Shown here in pieces: positions 20,840 through 31,387 of a DNA stretch of 64,000 bases. The first letter of the stretch is position 1. The number at the start of each line of letters is the position of its first letter. The notes under the pieces were generated by a model. The model searched no databases. It had not been told where the DNA came from and worked only from the letters and a program-made list of their open reading frames with translations. Position numbers and translations under genes: made by a program. Origin of the DNA: Planctomycetota bacterium (GTDB taxonomy: Bacteria > Planctomycetota > Planctomycetia > JALXBF01); the NCBI GenBank assembly GCA_026991575.1, contig JALXBF010000191.1:1-64000 (forward strand). The letters are read 5' to 3'.

Positions 20840-21730
20840 GTGGCCATTCCAGCCGAGCTATTCCGCGCTGTGCGGCGGCTGGAGGTACGCGCGAAAAAAA
20901 CCGTCCGTGAACTGCTCGCTGGCCAGTATGCCAGTGTCTTCCGGGGCTCAGGCCTGCTGTTCGAGGAGGTTCGCGAGTACCTGCCCGGCGACGACATCCG
21001 ATCAATCGACTGGAACGTCACCGCACGCATGGGTATGCCCTATGTGAAGCGGTACCGGGAGGAGCGAGAGCGCACGCTGCTTTTACTTGTGGACGTGAGT
21101 GCGAGCGAAGGCTTTGGCACGGGGGGAGCGACCAAGTGGCAACGCGTGCTCGAGGTCACCGCCCTCATTGCTTTGAGTGCCGTCTTCAACAACGACAAGG
21201 TCGGACTGGTCTCGTTCGCCGCGGCGCCGGAGCACGTGGTGCCGCCGGGCAAGGGCACGCCTCACGCGCTTCGCTTATTGCGCGACCTGATGTGCTCGGC
21301 GCCCGTGGGCAGGGGCACCGATATCGCGGCCGCGCTACGCACCGTACGGACACTGGCGCGGCGTCACTCGATCGTCTTCCTCGTAAGCGACTTCTGCACC
21401 AGCGGCTATGAGAAGGAGTTTCGGATCGTTGCCCGATACAACGACCTCATTGCCGTCTGCGTCTACGATCCGCGTGAGCTCGAACTACCACCCGTCGCTG
21501 GGTTGATCCCGGTGCGCGATCCGGAAACCGGTCAGCGGGTTCTGGTCGACGCTACCTCGCCCAAGTCGCGCACCCGATGGGCTGCCCGACGCCGTGCGCA
21601 GCTTGAGATGTTGCGGCAGCTGGTGCGCCGTTGCGACGCGGACCTGATCGAGCTGGACACTGACACGCCCGCCGCCCATGCACTCGTGCGGTTCTTCCGC
21701 AGTCGTGAACGCCGAGCCGCGCTCGGTTGA
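20840..21730 (+). CDS. DUF58 domain protein (MoxR-associated, VWA-like)
   Basis: G.Y.S.FRG.G..FEEVREY.PGDDIR.IDWNVTAR, Y.EERE, DVSAS, SDF; start GTG 20807 or 20840. Confidence 0.92.
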   Translation: MAIPAELFRAVRRLEVRAKKTVRELLAGQYASVFRGSGLLFEEVREYLPGDDIRSIDWNVTARMGMPYVKRYREERERTLLLLVDVSASEGFGTGGATKWQRVLEVTALIALSAVFNNDKVGLVSFAAAPEHVVPPGKGTPHALRLLRDLMCSAPVGRGTDIAAALRTVRTLARRHSIVFLVSDFCTSGYEKEFRIVARYNDLIAVCVYDPRELELPPVAGLIPVRDPETGQRVLVDATSPKSRTRWAARRRAQLEMLRQLVRRCDADLIELDTDTPAAHALVRFFRSRERRAALG

Positions 21731-22716
21731 ACAAGCGGATGGCTGCGATCGGCCCCCACACAATCCGCTCTGCCTGCTACCTGGCCCTGGCAATGCTGAC
21801 GCTCAGCCAGGTCGCTGGCCGTGTGCTCCTGGAGCAGACCCGCGAAGAGCTCACCGTCCGTTGCGTTCTGGTGCCCGGCCGTCCTACCGTGGCCGACCGG
21901 TTCGTGCTCCGTATCGAGGCCGTGCCGTCGCGGACGGATCAGGAGGTACGCTTCCCACAGTCCATTGCCCTGGATGCCGGTCTGTCACTGGAACGTTCCG
22001 AGCAGCGGCTGGAGCTGAGCCATGACGGGCGGCCGCAGTTTGTGCTCGCGCTGCAGCTGCTGGCAGACACACCGGGCCAGTATGACGTGGGCCCGATCGA
22101 GTTGGTTCTTGTGTCCGATCGGCGGCCGCCGCGCACGTACCGCGTACCGGCGGTTACCGTCACGGTCGAATCGCGGCTGAATGAACCGTTCGACAGTCGC
22201 CAGATGAGGCCGCCACCCGGCCCTGCTCGCCTCGCCCGTTCTCCATGGCCGGCCGTGCTACTTGCTGTGGTAGTACTGCTGGCCGCCGGTGCCTGGTTGG
22301 GTCATCGGCACGTCCGCATCTGGTGGCAGCACACGCTGGACCGGTTCCATCGCAGACCGGCGGTGCCGGACGAGGCTGTACGGCTACTGCGTTGTTGCGG
22401 CCAGCTGATCGATCCCGTCCAGCGCCGCGAGGCGGCAGTGGAGGCGATCGACGTCGTGCTGTGTTGGCTCCGGCGAGAGCTGGGAATGCGTGAAACGGTC
22501 ACTGCCGAAGAGCTTGTCGAACGCCTCCGTGCCGAGGCGATCTGGCCGCGGGAACTGGTTGATGCACTGGCCGACGTCGTCTACCAGTGGGGTCGGTGGA
22601 AGTACGCACCGTGTCCGCAAGAGCCGACCGCGGAGGAAGCGGTCGCAGTGGTGCGGCAGTCGTTCGAAGTTGCGGAGCGGTACGTGGCGCTGCGCAAGGA
22701 TAGCGGTCGGCGATAA
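21727..22716 (+). CDS. Membrane-anchored Bat-operon protein (BatD-like Ig domain plus DUF4381-like region)
   Basis: N-terminal hydrophobic signal, beta-rich domain (PG.Y.VGP), central TM helix, T..EL and KYA motifs; sits between DUF58 and the VWA genes. Confidence 0.6.
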   Translation: MNKRMAAIGPHTIRSACYLALAMLTLSQVAGRVLLEQTREELTVRCVLVPGRPTVADRFVLRIEAVPSRTDQEVRFPQSIALDAGLSLERSEQRLELSHDGRPQFVLALQLLADTPGQYDVGPIELVLVSDRRPPRTYRVPAVTVTVESRLNEPFDSRQMRPPPGPARLARSPWPAVLLAVVVLLAAGAWLGHRHVRIWWQHTLDRFHRRPAVPDEAVRLLRCCGQLIDPVQRREAAVEAIDVVLCWLRRELGMRETVTAEELVERLRAEAIWPRELVDALADVVYQWGRWKYAPCPQEPTAEEAVAVVRQSFEVAERYVALRKDSGRR

Positions 22717-22722
22717 ACTGAG

Positions 22723-23826
22723 ATGATGGACGGTCTTCAGTTCGCACACCCAATTTGGCTGCTTGGGCTCCTGCCTGTCGTCTACGGAGCCGTAAGGCAT
22801 GTGCGGGCCGCGATCCGCTGGAACCTGCCGCTGACGGTGGCCCCGGCGGAGACCGGCCGCGAGGCGCGGCCCGCCGCCCGGGTCGCGGTCTCCGCAGCTC
22901 CCGGGCTTTTCTGGTCGTTGCCCGTGCTGCTCCGTTGGTTCGCCATAGGTCTGCTTGTTGTCGGACTGGCCCGACCACGCCTGCCCGACGCCGAAACGAA
23001 GATCTATCCGAAAGGGATCGCCATCGTCCTGGTTGTGGACACGAGTCTGAGCATGGTGGTCCGGGATTTCCGCCTGGGCAACACCGATCTTTCCCGCCTG
23101 GACGCCGTCCGGCGGGTGGCACGGCGGTTTGTGGTGGGAGAGGGCGAATTCCGTGGTCGGGCGGCGGACCAGATCGGGGTCGTGTCGTTTGCAAACTTCC
23201 CTGACGTTCAGTGTCCGCTAACGTTGAGTCACAGCGCGGTCTTGCGCGCCCTCCGTCGCCTGCGCCCTTCTCCTGTCTACGAGCAGGGCACCAATATCGG
23301 TGACGCGCTGCTTGCGGGACTAGAGCTCCTGAAAGGCACCCAGGCTCGGTCGAAGGTGATGATTCTGCTGAGCGACGGTGTGAATGAGCCCGCGCCGGTG
23401 GTGAACGCCCCACCGCCGATCGAGCCGACCGAAGCAGCTGCCCTGGCCAAGTCCCTGGGGGTCAAGATCTACACCGTGGGCACCGGCACATGGAGTGGCC
23501 GGTTCTGGTACCGGGATCCCGACACCGGCAGGATCCATACACCGGAAGCAAAGCCCATGGACCGGGCGCTGTTGACGGCGCTGGCCGAACAGACCGGCGG
23601 CCGTTTCTGGGCAGCCGCGGAGCTGGAGGACCTGGAACGGATCTGGCGTGAGATCGACCGTCTAGAGCCCAGTTCGCTGGGAGCCGTGATCTACCGGGAT
23701 TACCGGGAGCTGTTTCCCTGGTTCGGCTGGGTTGCCCTGGGACTGCTGGTCCTGGAGCGGCTGTTGGTCCTGTGGCGCTGGCGATTGCTGGAGGGGTGGC
23801 CCGTTCATAGCCATGTTCGGGTTTGA
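22723..23826 (+). CDS. batA: VWA domain membrane protein, BatA-like
   Basis: F.HP.WL, LARP, MIDAS DTSLSM, D.IG.V.F, PLT, GTNIGDAL, ILLSDG, KIYTVG.G, A..TGG.F, ID.LEP. Confidence 0.85.
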   Translation: MMDGLQFAHPIWLLGLLPVVYGAVRHVRAAIRWNLPLTVAPAETGREARPAARVAVSAAPGLFWSLPVLLRWFAIGLLVVGLARPRLPDAETKIYPKGIAIVLVVDTSLSMVVRDFRLGNTDLSRLDAVRRVARRFVVGEGEFRGRAADQIGVVSFANFPDVQCPLTLSHSAVLRALRRLRPSPVYEQGTNIGDALLAGLELLKGTQARSKVMILLSDGVNEPAPVVNAPPPIEPTEAAALAKSLGVKIYTVGTGTWSGRFWYRDPDTGRIHTPEAKPMDRALLTALAEQTGGRFWAAAELEDLERIWREIDRLEPSSLGAVIYRDYRELFPWFGWVALGLLVLERLLVLWRWRLLEGWPVHSHVRV

Positions 23827-25813
23827 CGTTACCGATCCCAACCTGCTTGTTGCCCTGCCGGTGGTCGTGGGGCTGGTCGCCCTGCTGGCACTGGCGGCGG
23901 CACTGTGGAGCTGGCGAGCGGCTGCGGAATTCTGGCGTGTGCCGCTGCGCAGGCTTCCGCGGTTCAGGGTTGCGGCGATCGAGGCGGGGACTGCAGCGGC
24001 GATCGCCGCACTGTTGTCCGCAGCCCTTGCCATGCCTTACTGGGGCTATCAGCCTGGCCCTGTCGTGCACCGCGGCCGGGATCTGGTGCTCGTTGTGGAC
24101 GTGTCCCGGAGTATGCTCGCCGAGGACGTCATGCCGAGCCGGCTGGAGCGGGCAAAAGCAGATTTGGCGGACTTCGTCGCCGAGGCTGCCCGCCGCGGCG
24201 GAGCCCGCATCGGGCTGGTTGCCTTTGCGGGCGTGGGCCGCAGTCTGGCGCCACTTACCGAGTCGTACGACTACCTGCGTCAGCGGCTGGAACAACTAGA
24301 ACCAGGCAGCGTGTATCGCGGGGGGAGCTATTTGGAGACAGGTCTGCGCGAGGCGCTCAGTCTGTTCGACGAACGCACGCAGAACTACCGGGACATCCTC
24401 CTCGTTACCGACGGAGACGATTTCGGCAGCGACTGGCAGAAGCTGACCCGCGACCTGACGCGGGCAGGAGTCAGTGTGCACGTGATCGTGCGGGGCGACC
24501 CGGACTACCCGAGCGAGATCCCGATTTACGACCATCGCGGTGGCCGGCGTCTCCTCCGCTACCGAGGGCGCATCGTCCAGACGAAGGCTCATCCGGAGAA
24601 GCTCCGCGAGCTGGCCCAACGCACCGGGGGCCGGTTCGTGCCGGCGTTCACCGGACAGATCGATTCCGCCCAACTCTACGAGCAGCTTGTGCTGCGGCGC
24701 AAGCAGCGCCAGTGGGCTGAGAAGCTAAGAGCCAGGCCAATCTACCGCTTCCAGTGGTTCCTGGCACCCGCCCTGGCCTTGCTGCTCTGGCAGACGTGGC
24801 GCTGGTACTGCCGAACGACACAGATCACCAACCTGCTGCGCGTGCCCGCGTCCCTGGCCGTTCTCGTCGCAGCCGTTGCCGCGCTGGGCCTCGTCGGGGC
24901 CGGACCGGGCGAGGAAGGCCGTCAGCAGGACAGGCTAGCCAGCCGGCAGCAAGCCCGGCAGTTGGTGCAGCATGCCCTGGAACTGGCAAGGCGGGGGGCC
25001 GGGCGTGAGGCGGTGGCTGCCGCAGAGCAGGCGGCCCAGGCCGCGCCGGACTGGTGGCTGCCACACTATGAGCTGGCCACACTCCTGGCGGTGACCGGCG
25101 ATTGGCCCAGTGTGGCCCGCAGCTTCTTGGACGCGCGCACGGTCGCACCGTTGGCGGTTCACCCGCTGTTGAACTATGGCATCGGCACCGCTTTCCTTGA
25201 GCAGGCCGAACAGCTCATAGCCCTCGGCGAGCGTGATCGTGCCATCTCGGCTCTGACCCGCGCCGAGCAGTTCTTAGATGATGCACTCCGCATGCTGCCG
25301 GAACTTGGCCCAGAGCTCGATCGTTGGCTTTCTCGGCTCGTGCACCGTGGCCCGCGCACCCGTGCGGGACTCGATGAACAGATCCGAACCAACCTGGAGC
25401 TTGCTCGCCGCCTGCTGGCCCAGCTTCGGCAAGCGGCTCAGGCTGATAACCGCCAGGGCCAGGAGCGGCCACAACAGCAGCGAGGCGACGGTCCATCGAA
25501 CGACCGCAACGCCCTCCGCCAAGACGAGCGCTCTGAGAACCGAACGGATCAAAACCGGCGAAACGATCAACCCGAGAAGCCACAGCAGCAGTTACCGCCC
25601 CGGCAAGCAGACCCACAGCAGCGCCAGCGGTCGGATTCGCAGCAGCAGCAGCGGCAGCGACCTCCGCAGGATAAGCTCTCTGTCGAGGAGCTCGATCGCG
25701 TCGAGGCGCTCGAGCGGCTGCGGGCTGAAATGCAGCGGCTGCGCGAACGGGAGCGGCTACGGTTCCGCGAGCGCGCACAGGGCTATATCCCGCGCGCAGA
25801 ACGAGACTGGTAG
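23813..25813 (+). CDS. VWA + TPR protein, BatB/BatC-like fusion with Gln-rich tail
   Basis: DVSRSMLAEDV.PSRLERAK, IGLV.FAG, PLT.SY, TDG, second TM region, TPR-like helices, Q/R-rich linker ending ERDW; start ATG 23813. Confidence 0.8.
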   Translation: MFGFDVTDPNLLVALPVVVGLVALLALAAALWSWRAAAEFWRVPLRRLPRFRVAAIEAGTAAAIAALLSAALAMPYWGYQPGPVVHRGRDLVLVVDVSRSMLAEDVMPSRLERAKADLADFVAEAARRGGARIGLVAFAGVGRSLAPLTESYDYLRQRLEQLEPGSVYRGGSYLETGLREALSLFDERTQNYRDILLVTDGDDFGSDWQKLTRDLTRAGVSVHVIVRGDPDYPSEIPIYDHRGGRRLLRYRGRIVQTKAHPEKLRELAQRTGGRFVPAFTGQIDSAQLYEQLVLRRKQRQWAEKLRARPIYRFQWFLAPALALLLWQTWRWYCRTTQITNLLRVPASLAVLVAAVAALGLVGAGPGEEGRQQDRLASRQQARQLVQHALELARRGAGREAVAAAEQAAQAAPDWWLPHYELATLLAVTGDWPSVARSFLDARTVAPLAVHPLLNYGIGTAFLEQAEQLIALGERDRAISALTRAEQFLDDALRMLPELGPELDRWLSRLVHRGPRTRAGLDEQIRTNLELARRLLAQLRQAAQADNRQGQERPQQQRGDGPSNDRNALRQDERSENRTDQNRRNDQPEKPQQQLPPRQADPQQRQRSDSQQQQRQRPPQDKLSVEELDRVEALERLRAEMQRLRERERLRFRERAQGYIPRAERDW

Positions 25814-25833
25814 CGCCGTCCGGATAGGGTTTC

Positions 25834-28203
25834 ATGTTCTGGTTGCAAAGCCTGGTACTAACCTGGTGGTCGATCGCTGCTGCGGAAGAGCTGCCGTCTG
25901 TGCAGGTCGAAGTGAGCACAGATCTGGATCGGGTGTACGTCGATCAACTTGTCCGCGTCCACGTCGACGTACTCGTGCGTCGGCTACGCACGGACGATCA
26001 CTGGCTTCGCGAGGATCCGATCCCGCGAGACGATCCACCCAAGCTGACGATCCCCTGGCTGAACGGTACCCCCTGGCTGCAGCCGGTGCGAGACCCGGTT
26101 GAGCTGTTGCGGGCCAGGCTGGGCAAGCCAGCAGCCGGCTTTCGGATCAATGATCTCTTCCAGGAAGAGCTGGCGGGACCGTTCTTGCCGCTGATCCGCC
26201 GCCGGCAGCTTCCCGTACCGTTCGATCGTTCCGAGGTTGCGTTGCCCGATGGAACGCTCGCGTACCGCTACCGGCTCACGTTGCCGTTCCGCACCACGCG
26301 TCCCGGCACGACGGTGCCGGTTACCGTGGAGCTGGAGGGAAGCGTGTACGTGGCGTTGCGGTTGATCGGGGATCGCCGCGTGGAGTTGATCGGCGCGTCC
26401 GTACAGGCACGCTCGAATCGCTTCTCACTGCACATCCAACCGCTGCCACTTCGCGGCCGGCCACGTTACTTCACCGGCGCGGTGGGGCGCTTTCGCATCC
26501 GGGCCGAAGTGGACCACAAACGGGTGCGACTGGGTGATCCGATCCGGCTGACGATCGAGATTACCGGGGAAGGGCTACTGGAGCGGATCGCACCACCGCG
26601 GCTCAGCATGCAGCCAGGCTGGCAGCTGTTCCGCGTGCACGATGAGCCGATCTCCAGCGAAGTCTCCGGAAACAGCAGGCGGTTTGTGTACCGGATCCGT
26701 CCTACCAGTACCCGGCTTGAGGCCATTCCTCCCGTGCTCTGGAGCTTCTTCGACCCGGTGCTGGGGCGGTATCAGACGGTAGCCACTGAAGCGATCCCGA
26801 TAGAGGTTCGGCCCGTGCAAGTGGTACGGCTCGAGGAGGAGCCCGCGCGGGCTGGTGTGGCCGAGCGCGACGGTCCCCTGGCTCAGCTGCACGGTGTGCG
26901 GACGGGTTCGATCTTGTTGCGAGACCACCGGCCACTGATCGCCTCGCTGCGTGCACAGCTCAGCATACTCATCCTGCCCGCGGTGCTGGTCCTGGCGTGG
27001 TACGGCGGAGCCTACGCTGTACGCCGTTGGGCCTCATCGCCACGCGTTCGCCGGCGGGAGTGTCGAAGACGGGTGCTCCGCACGCTGGATCAACTGACCG
27101 ACGCGCCACCGCAGGAAGTGGCGGCGAGACTGCCCGAACTCATTGCCGAGCTATTAAGCGACGGGGAACACCTGCCCGAAGGCCGGCGCACCGCTCCGGA
27201 GTTGATGGCGCTATTGGACGTGGTCGTGGTCGATGCCGGCTTGCGAAGGCGAGTGGCCGAGGTGCTTGGTGATTGCGAGCAGGCTCGCTTTGCAGCACGG
27301 CAGCCGGATCGCAAGGAAGTGGCCCGCTGGCAAGCCGCAGTGCGTGAACTGGCGGATTACCTTGCCGATAATCCCCCCCGTCTCCTGACCGCCGTTCTGC
27401 TGCTGGCGGCTACGGTACCGCTGCTGGGACGGGACCCGTCGTTGCCGGCGCAGCGGCGCGAGCAACTGGCCACCATGGCCTACCGGGCCTGGCAACAGGC
27501 TAAGACGGATAACGGCGAGCTCGCCAGCGGTTCATCGGGCTATCGGCTTGCCGCCGCCCGGTATCGGCTGTTGCTAGAGACGGGCCTGCGCAACGGCTAC
27601 GTCCTGTACAACATCGGCACGTGTTATCTGATGGCCGAGGACATGCCGCAAGCGCTCCGCTACTACCTGTGGGCCCGGCAATACATCCCGCGAGACCCGT
27701 GGTTGAACGAGAATCTGGCTGCCGTTCGTAGCCGACTGGCCGCTGTTGCTGCCGCTGGCACCGAGACGATCGAGCTGGAAGACGGCGACCCTGAGGTTGC
27801 TCCGGTCTTATCGGGGCGGGAGTACCAGGCGGGCTGGCTTACGCTGTGGGCGTTCGGCTGGTCGGCGTTCTTCTTAGCCAGCGGCATCGGCTGTGCAAGA
27901 CGTGCTAAGCTGTTTGCGGGGGCGATCCTTGTAGCAGCTGCCTGTGCCGCGGCGTTTCAGATCGTTCGCGAATGGGATCGCGTGCGTCGTCCGACTGCCG
28001 TGGTGCTGACCCAGACGGTGCCCCGGACCGGACCCGGCCTGAGCTATGAAGCGCTCGATGAGCCGCGTCGTCTGGCTGCGGGAATGGTCGCACGACAGAC
28101 GCGGTCGATTGCCGGCTGGGTGGAGCTAGAGTTGGCCGACGGCACCAAGGCGTGGTTGCCGTCGAGGGATGTCGGTGTCATCGAGCCGGCATTCCGCATC
28201 TGA
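25834..28203 (+). CDS. BatD-like protein fused to a BatE-like TPR + SH3 module
   Basis: Signal peptide; F.GAVG.F, GDPI.L...ITGEG, IPP...FFDP...Y; then LYNIGT.Y, A..Y.PRD....NL, and SH3-like R.GPG..Y...W..LEL.DG..AW. Confidence 0.75.
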   Translation: MFWLQSLVLTWWSIAAAEELPSVQVEVSTDLDRVYVDQLVRVHVDVLVRRLRTDDHWLREDPIPRDDPPKLTIPWLNGTPWLQPVRDPVELLRARLGKPAAGFRINDLFQEELAGPFLPLIRRRQLPVPFDRSEVALPDGTLAYRYRLTLPFRTTRPGTTVPVTVELEGSVYVALRLIGDRRVELIGASVQARSNRFSLHIQPLPLRGRPRYFTGAVGRFRIRAEVDHKRVRLGDPIRLTIEITGEGLLERIAPPRLSMQPGWQLFRVHDEPISSEVSGNSRRFVYRIRPTSTRLEAIPPVLWSFFDPVLGRYQTVATEAIPIEVRPVQVVRLEEEPARAGVAERDGPLAQLHGVRTGSILLRDHRPLIASLRAQLSILILPAVLVLAWYGGAYAVRRWASSPRVRRRECRRRVLRTLDQLTDAPPQEVAARLPELIAELLSDGEHLPEGRRTAPELMALLDVVVVDAGLRRRVAEVLGDCEQARFAARQPDRKEVARWQAAVRELADYLADNPPRLLTAVLLLAATVPLLGRDPSLPAQRREQLATMAYRAWQQAKTDNGELASGSSGYRLAAARYRLLLETGLRNGYVLYNIGTCYLMAEDMPQALRYYLWARQYIPRDPWLNENLAAVRSRLAAVAAAGTETIELEDGDPEVAPVLSGREYQAGWLTLWAFGWSAFFLASGIGCARRAKLFAGAILVAAACAAAFQIVREWDRVRRPTAVVLTQTVPRTGPGLSYEALDEPRRLAAGMVARQTRSIAGWVELELADGTKAWLPSRDVGVIEPAFRI

Positions 28204-28223
28204 GTGGCCACGGCGGCCGCAGC

Positions 28224-29396
28224 TCACCACTGCTTGCCCGAAAGCTTCGTGATCACCTCCGGATCGCCGTCTGTGATGATCACCTCGTACTCGATGCTTG
28301 CCCCGCCCACACCCGGCAGGTGGAACTTCGGTTCGACGCACAGCACCATGCCGGGTTGCAGTTCCGTTGGATCGTCGGCCACGATGAAGGGCGGTTCAAC
28401 TGTCTCCAGCCCGATCCCGTGACCGGCGAAGCCGCCTAGTTGCTCGGCGCAGCCGTGGTGTTCTGCCACCCGGCGCATGGCGCGGTACAGGTCTCGGCAC
28501 CGGCGACCGGCTCGGGCTTCTGCCACCGCGGCCTGGAGTGCCTCGTATGTCACTTCAAACAGGCGGCGCACGGGATCCGGTGTCGCACCGGCGGTGGTGA
28601 CCCGCAGGACATCGAACTGATAGCCCCCCGCGGCGCCGATGACGTCCAGATACACGATGTCGCCCTCGGCCAGCCGTCGGGAGGTTGCCTGGGGCCAGCG
28701 GGAGCCAACCCGGCTCCACGGCCCGCTGTGGACACGCAGGTAGCGGACGAAATCTGCGCCGGCACGAAGTGCGGTGGCCGTTCCAACGGCGCACACGTGG
28801 GTCTCCGGAACCCCCGGCTCGGCAGCAGCAATGGCGGCCTCCAGCGCTACGTCGGCAATCCGCGCCGCATGCCGCAGGAGCTCCTGCTCTGCGGGGGACT
28901 TGATCATCCGCAGCTCCCACAGCTGGTCATCCACCACAACCAGCTCCCGGCCCAGCACCGTCTCAAATTCTTCCTCATGCAGGTCCGGCAAAATGTCCAG
29001 GCCGGCAACGGCCACGGTGTCTGAGGAGCGGAACAGCTCGGCTGCGCGCCGACCGAGATCACAACCAAGGTCCGTCGTGACGACCACCTCGTCGGCCACC
29101 ACGAGATCTTCTCGGTAGCTGCCGTCGCAGAACAGCAGGACCGGACGGCCTGGGTCGGCCGGTATGACGGTCGCCGCGTAGCCGAACGAACGGAACGACC
29201 GGTACGGGGCAACCGTGGGGAAGGGCGGGAAGTGGTTGCTCAAGTAGGCCGACGGGCCAGGGCGGTCGTAGAACGGGCCGCCAAAAGCGATCAGGCCAGC
29301 ACAATTCAGGCGTTGGCATAAGTCGCGTGCTGCCTGCTGACGACGGACCACTTCGGCACGGTCGATGGAAGGGGGCGTTGGTTGGGGGTCGCTCAT
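28224..29396 (-). CDS. M24 family metallopeptidase (Xaa-Pro peptidase/creatinase-like)
   Basis: LRMIKSPAE, GD.V.LD...GYQFD..R, GHGIGL, LQPGMVLCVEP, IE; start MSDPQ at 29396. Confidence 0.85.
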   Translation of the reverse strand: MSDPQPTPPSIDRAEVVRRQQAARDLCQRLNCAGLIAFGGPFYDRPGPSAYLSNHFPPFPTVAPYRSFRSFGYAATVIPADPGRPVLLFCDGSYREDLVVADEVVVTTDLGCDLGRRAAELFRSSDTVAVAGLDILPDLHEEEFETVLGRELVVVDDQLWELRMIKSPAEQELLRHAARIADVALEAAIAAAEPGVPETHVCAVGTATALRAGADFVRYLRVHSGPWSRVGSRWPQATSRRLAEGDIVYLDVIGAAGGYQFDVLRVTTAGATPDPVRRLFEVTYEALQAAVAEARAGRRCRDLYRAMRRVAEHHGCAEQLGGFAGHGIGLETVEPPFIVADDPTELQPGMVLCVEPKFHLPGVGGASIEYEVIITDGDPEVITKLSGKQW

Positions 29397-29634
29397 TACG
29401 GTTGCTTCCTGAGCATCACCCTGGCTACCGGGAAACGCTCTTCGCCCGCTGCGGATCCATTCTAGGGGCATGGTCGTGAGTCCGGCCGGAAGCGCCTGGC
29501 CGGCAATAATGAACAGGTGCGCCGGGCGATGCCGCCGGGCGCAGCAGGGCCAGCGTGGCTGGATCAGCCCTGGTGTGGCCGACCGACAAACGCTGTGGCA
29601 CTGGACTAACTGAACCCGCGGAGGTGGCGATCCA

Positions 29635-29997
29635 ATGGGCGGGCCGATCGAGACGTTTCCGAACGCTTTCCCTGAGCGCGAGTACGAGATCGAGATCCGC
29701 TGCCCTGAGTACACGGCAGTGTGCCCCAGGACCGGACAGCCGGACTTCGGCGAGATCCGCATCATCTACGTGCCGGCCGCGGCGTGCATTGAGCTGAAGT
29801 CGTTGAAGTACTACCTGCAGTCGTATCGAAACCGCGGGATTTTCTACGAGACGGCGGTGAATCAGATTCTTGATGACGTTGTCGCAAGCTGTCAGCCACG
29901 TCGCTGCACGGTGATCGGATTGTTTCGGCCTCGTGGTGGCATGACGACGACCGTCACGGCAACTTATGTGTGCAAGAGAAACGGCGGCGATGACTGA
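29635..29997 (+). CDS. queF: NADPH-dependent 7-cyano-7-deazaguanine (preQ0) reductase, type I
   Basis: PEYTAVCPRTGQPDF (catalytic Cys/Asp), QueF motif ELKSLKYY, E...N.I..D, RGG; GGAGG RBS. Confidence 0.95.
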   Translation: MGGPIETFPNAFPEREYEIEIRCPEYTAVCPRTGQPDFGEIRIIYVPAAACIELKSLKYYLQSYRNRGIFYETAVNQILDDVVASCQPRRCTVIGLFRPRGGMTTTVTATYVCKRNGGDD

Positions 29998-31330
29998 ACC
30001 GGCGGCATTGGAACTTGAGCGCGAACCGGATGTGACCGAAGGTGCTGAGCCGACGCTGCTAGTGGCCACGCCTGAGGGGGATGTGTGCGATGTGCCCGGT
30101 CTGCCGGCCTTCGGTCGATCGGGCCGGTTAGTCCAGAAGCTTGATCCCGACGAATTGATTCCGATGCCGTATGGTACTCAGTTGTACCTACTGCCGGGTC
30201 GTCGTCCGGCGGTAGCCGCTGGGCAAGAGGAGCAGCTACCGGAGGGCGCTGTGGCTGTTGCCGCGTTCCTGCCCCCGCGGTACACCGCGCTGCGGTTGGC
30301 TGCGTACACGGTCCTGCCGGGCGCGCCGCAGCTGCCCTTGTACTGTTACGCCGCCGTGTGTTGGTATCGCGGCCAGTTCCACGTGGCGGCCATCGAGGTG
30401 GACCAGGACCCAAAGCACGACCCTCAGATGTTTCTGCCGCGGGTGTTGCGCCGATATGTGAAGCGGATGCGCAAGCAGTACCCGCGGAATCGGATTGTCG
30501 GGCATCTGGCTGACCGCTGCGCGCTGCGCTACGGCTGTGCCAACGCCATGAATTTCTTCTACCGCCGGTGGGAAATGCCGATTCCAGTGGCGGCTGCGTG
30601 CAATGCGGCCTGTGTCGGTTGCATTTCGGCCCAGCCGGACAGTCCGATTGAGCCGCCCCAGCAACGGCTGGACTTCACACCGGAGGTGAGCGAAATCGTT
30701 GAGATCGCGGTGCCACATCTGGAGCAAGCACCGGGGGCCATGGTGTCGTTCGGTCAGGGGTGTGAGGGGGAGCCGCTGATGCGCGCCGAACTGATCGAAG
30801 AAGCGATTCGTGCGATCCGCCGTCAAACCGCCCGCGGCACGATCCACCTCAACACGAATGGCAGCCGGCCGGATGCGCTGCGCCGCCTTTGCGCCGCCGG
30901 GCTCGACTCAGTGCGCATCAGCATGAACAGCGTGTACCGCCCCTGGTACGAACTCTACTACCGGCCGCGCGGCTACTGCTTCGAAGACGTGCTCGAATCG
31001 TTTCGGGTTGCGCGTGAGCATGGCTGTTTCGTGTCCCTGAACTACTTGACGTTTCCCGGAGTGACGGACTCGGTGGTGGAGACGGACGCGTTCCGCCGTT
31101 TCCTGAACGACGTTCGCCCGAACATGGTTCAGTGGCGGAACCTGAACATTGATCCTGACGTCTACGTCGAGCTGCTGGGCGTCGAGCAGGAGCTGGCCGC
31201 TGTGGGCCTAAAATGCTGGATCGAGCGGCTGCGTGAGGAGTTTCCGTGGCTGCGTCACGGTTACTTGAACCCCCCGCGCGAGTTGTGGTCCGGTGGGAGC
31301 TGGGCCGAGGTGTTTCGCGCGGGCCAATGA
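29990..31330 (+). CDS. Uncharacterised radical SAM protein
   Basis: CNAACVGC (CxxxCxxC), SFGQGCEGEPL, LNTNGS, DSVRISMN; long N-terminal extension; start overlaps the queF stop. Confidence 0.88.
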   Translation: MTEPAALELEREPDVTEGAEPTLLVATPEGDVCDVPGLPAFGRSGRLVQKLDPDELIPMPYGTQLYLLPGRRPAVAAGQEEQLPEGAVAVAAFLPPRYTALRLAAYTVLPGAPQLPLYCYAAVCWYRGQFHVAAIEVDQDPKHDPQMFLPRVLRRYVKRMRKQYPRNRIVGHLADRCALRYGCANAMNFFYRRWEMPIPVAAACNAACVGCISAQPDSPIEPPQQRLDFTPEVSEIVEIAVPHLEQAPGAMVSFGQGCEGEPLMRAELIEEAIRAIRRQTARGTIHLNTNGSRPDALRRLCAAGLDSVRISMNSVYRPWYELYYRPRGYCFEDVLESFRVAREHGCFVSLNYLTFPGVTDSVVETDAFRRFLNDVRPNMVQWRNLNIDPDVYVELLGVEQELAAVGLKCWIERLREEFPWLRHGYLNPPRELWSGGSWAEVFRAGQ

Positions 31331-31387
31331 GTTAGGACGTGGCGCGGTGCACGGGAACGATCGTGGCTTGGGAAGGAGGGAAGTACA

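Noticed and set aside
25440..25680. Tandem repeat or CRISPR-like array (CAG-rich)
   Set aside because: It is coding low-complexity Gln/Arg linker sequence with no constant repeat-spacer period.
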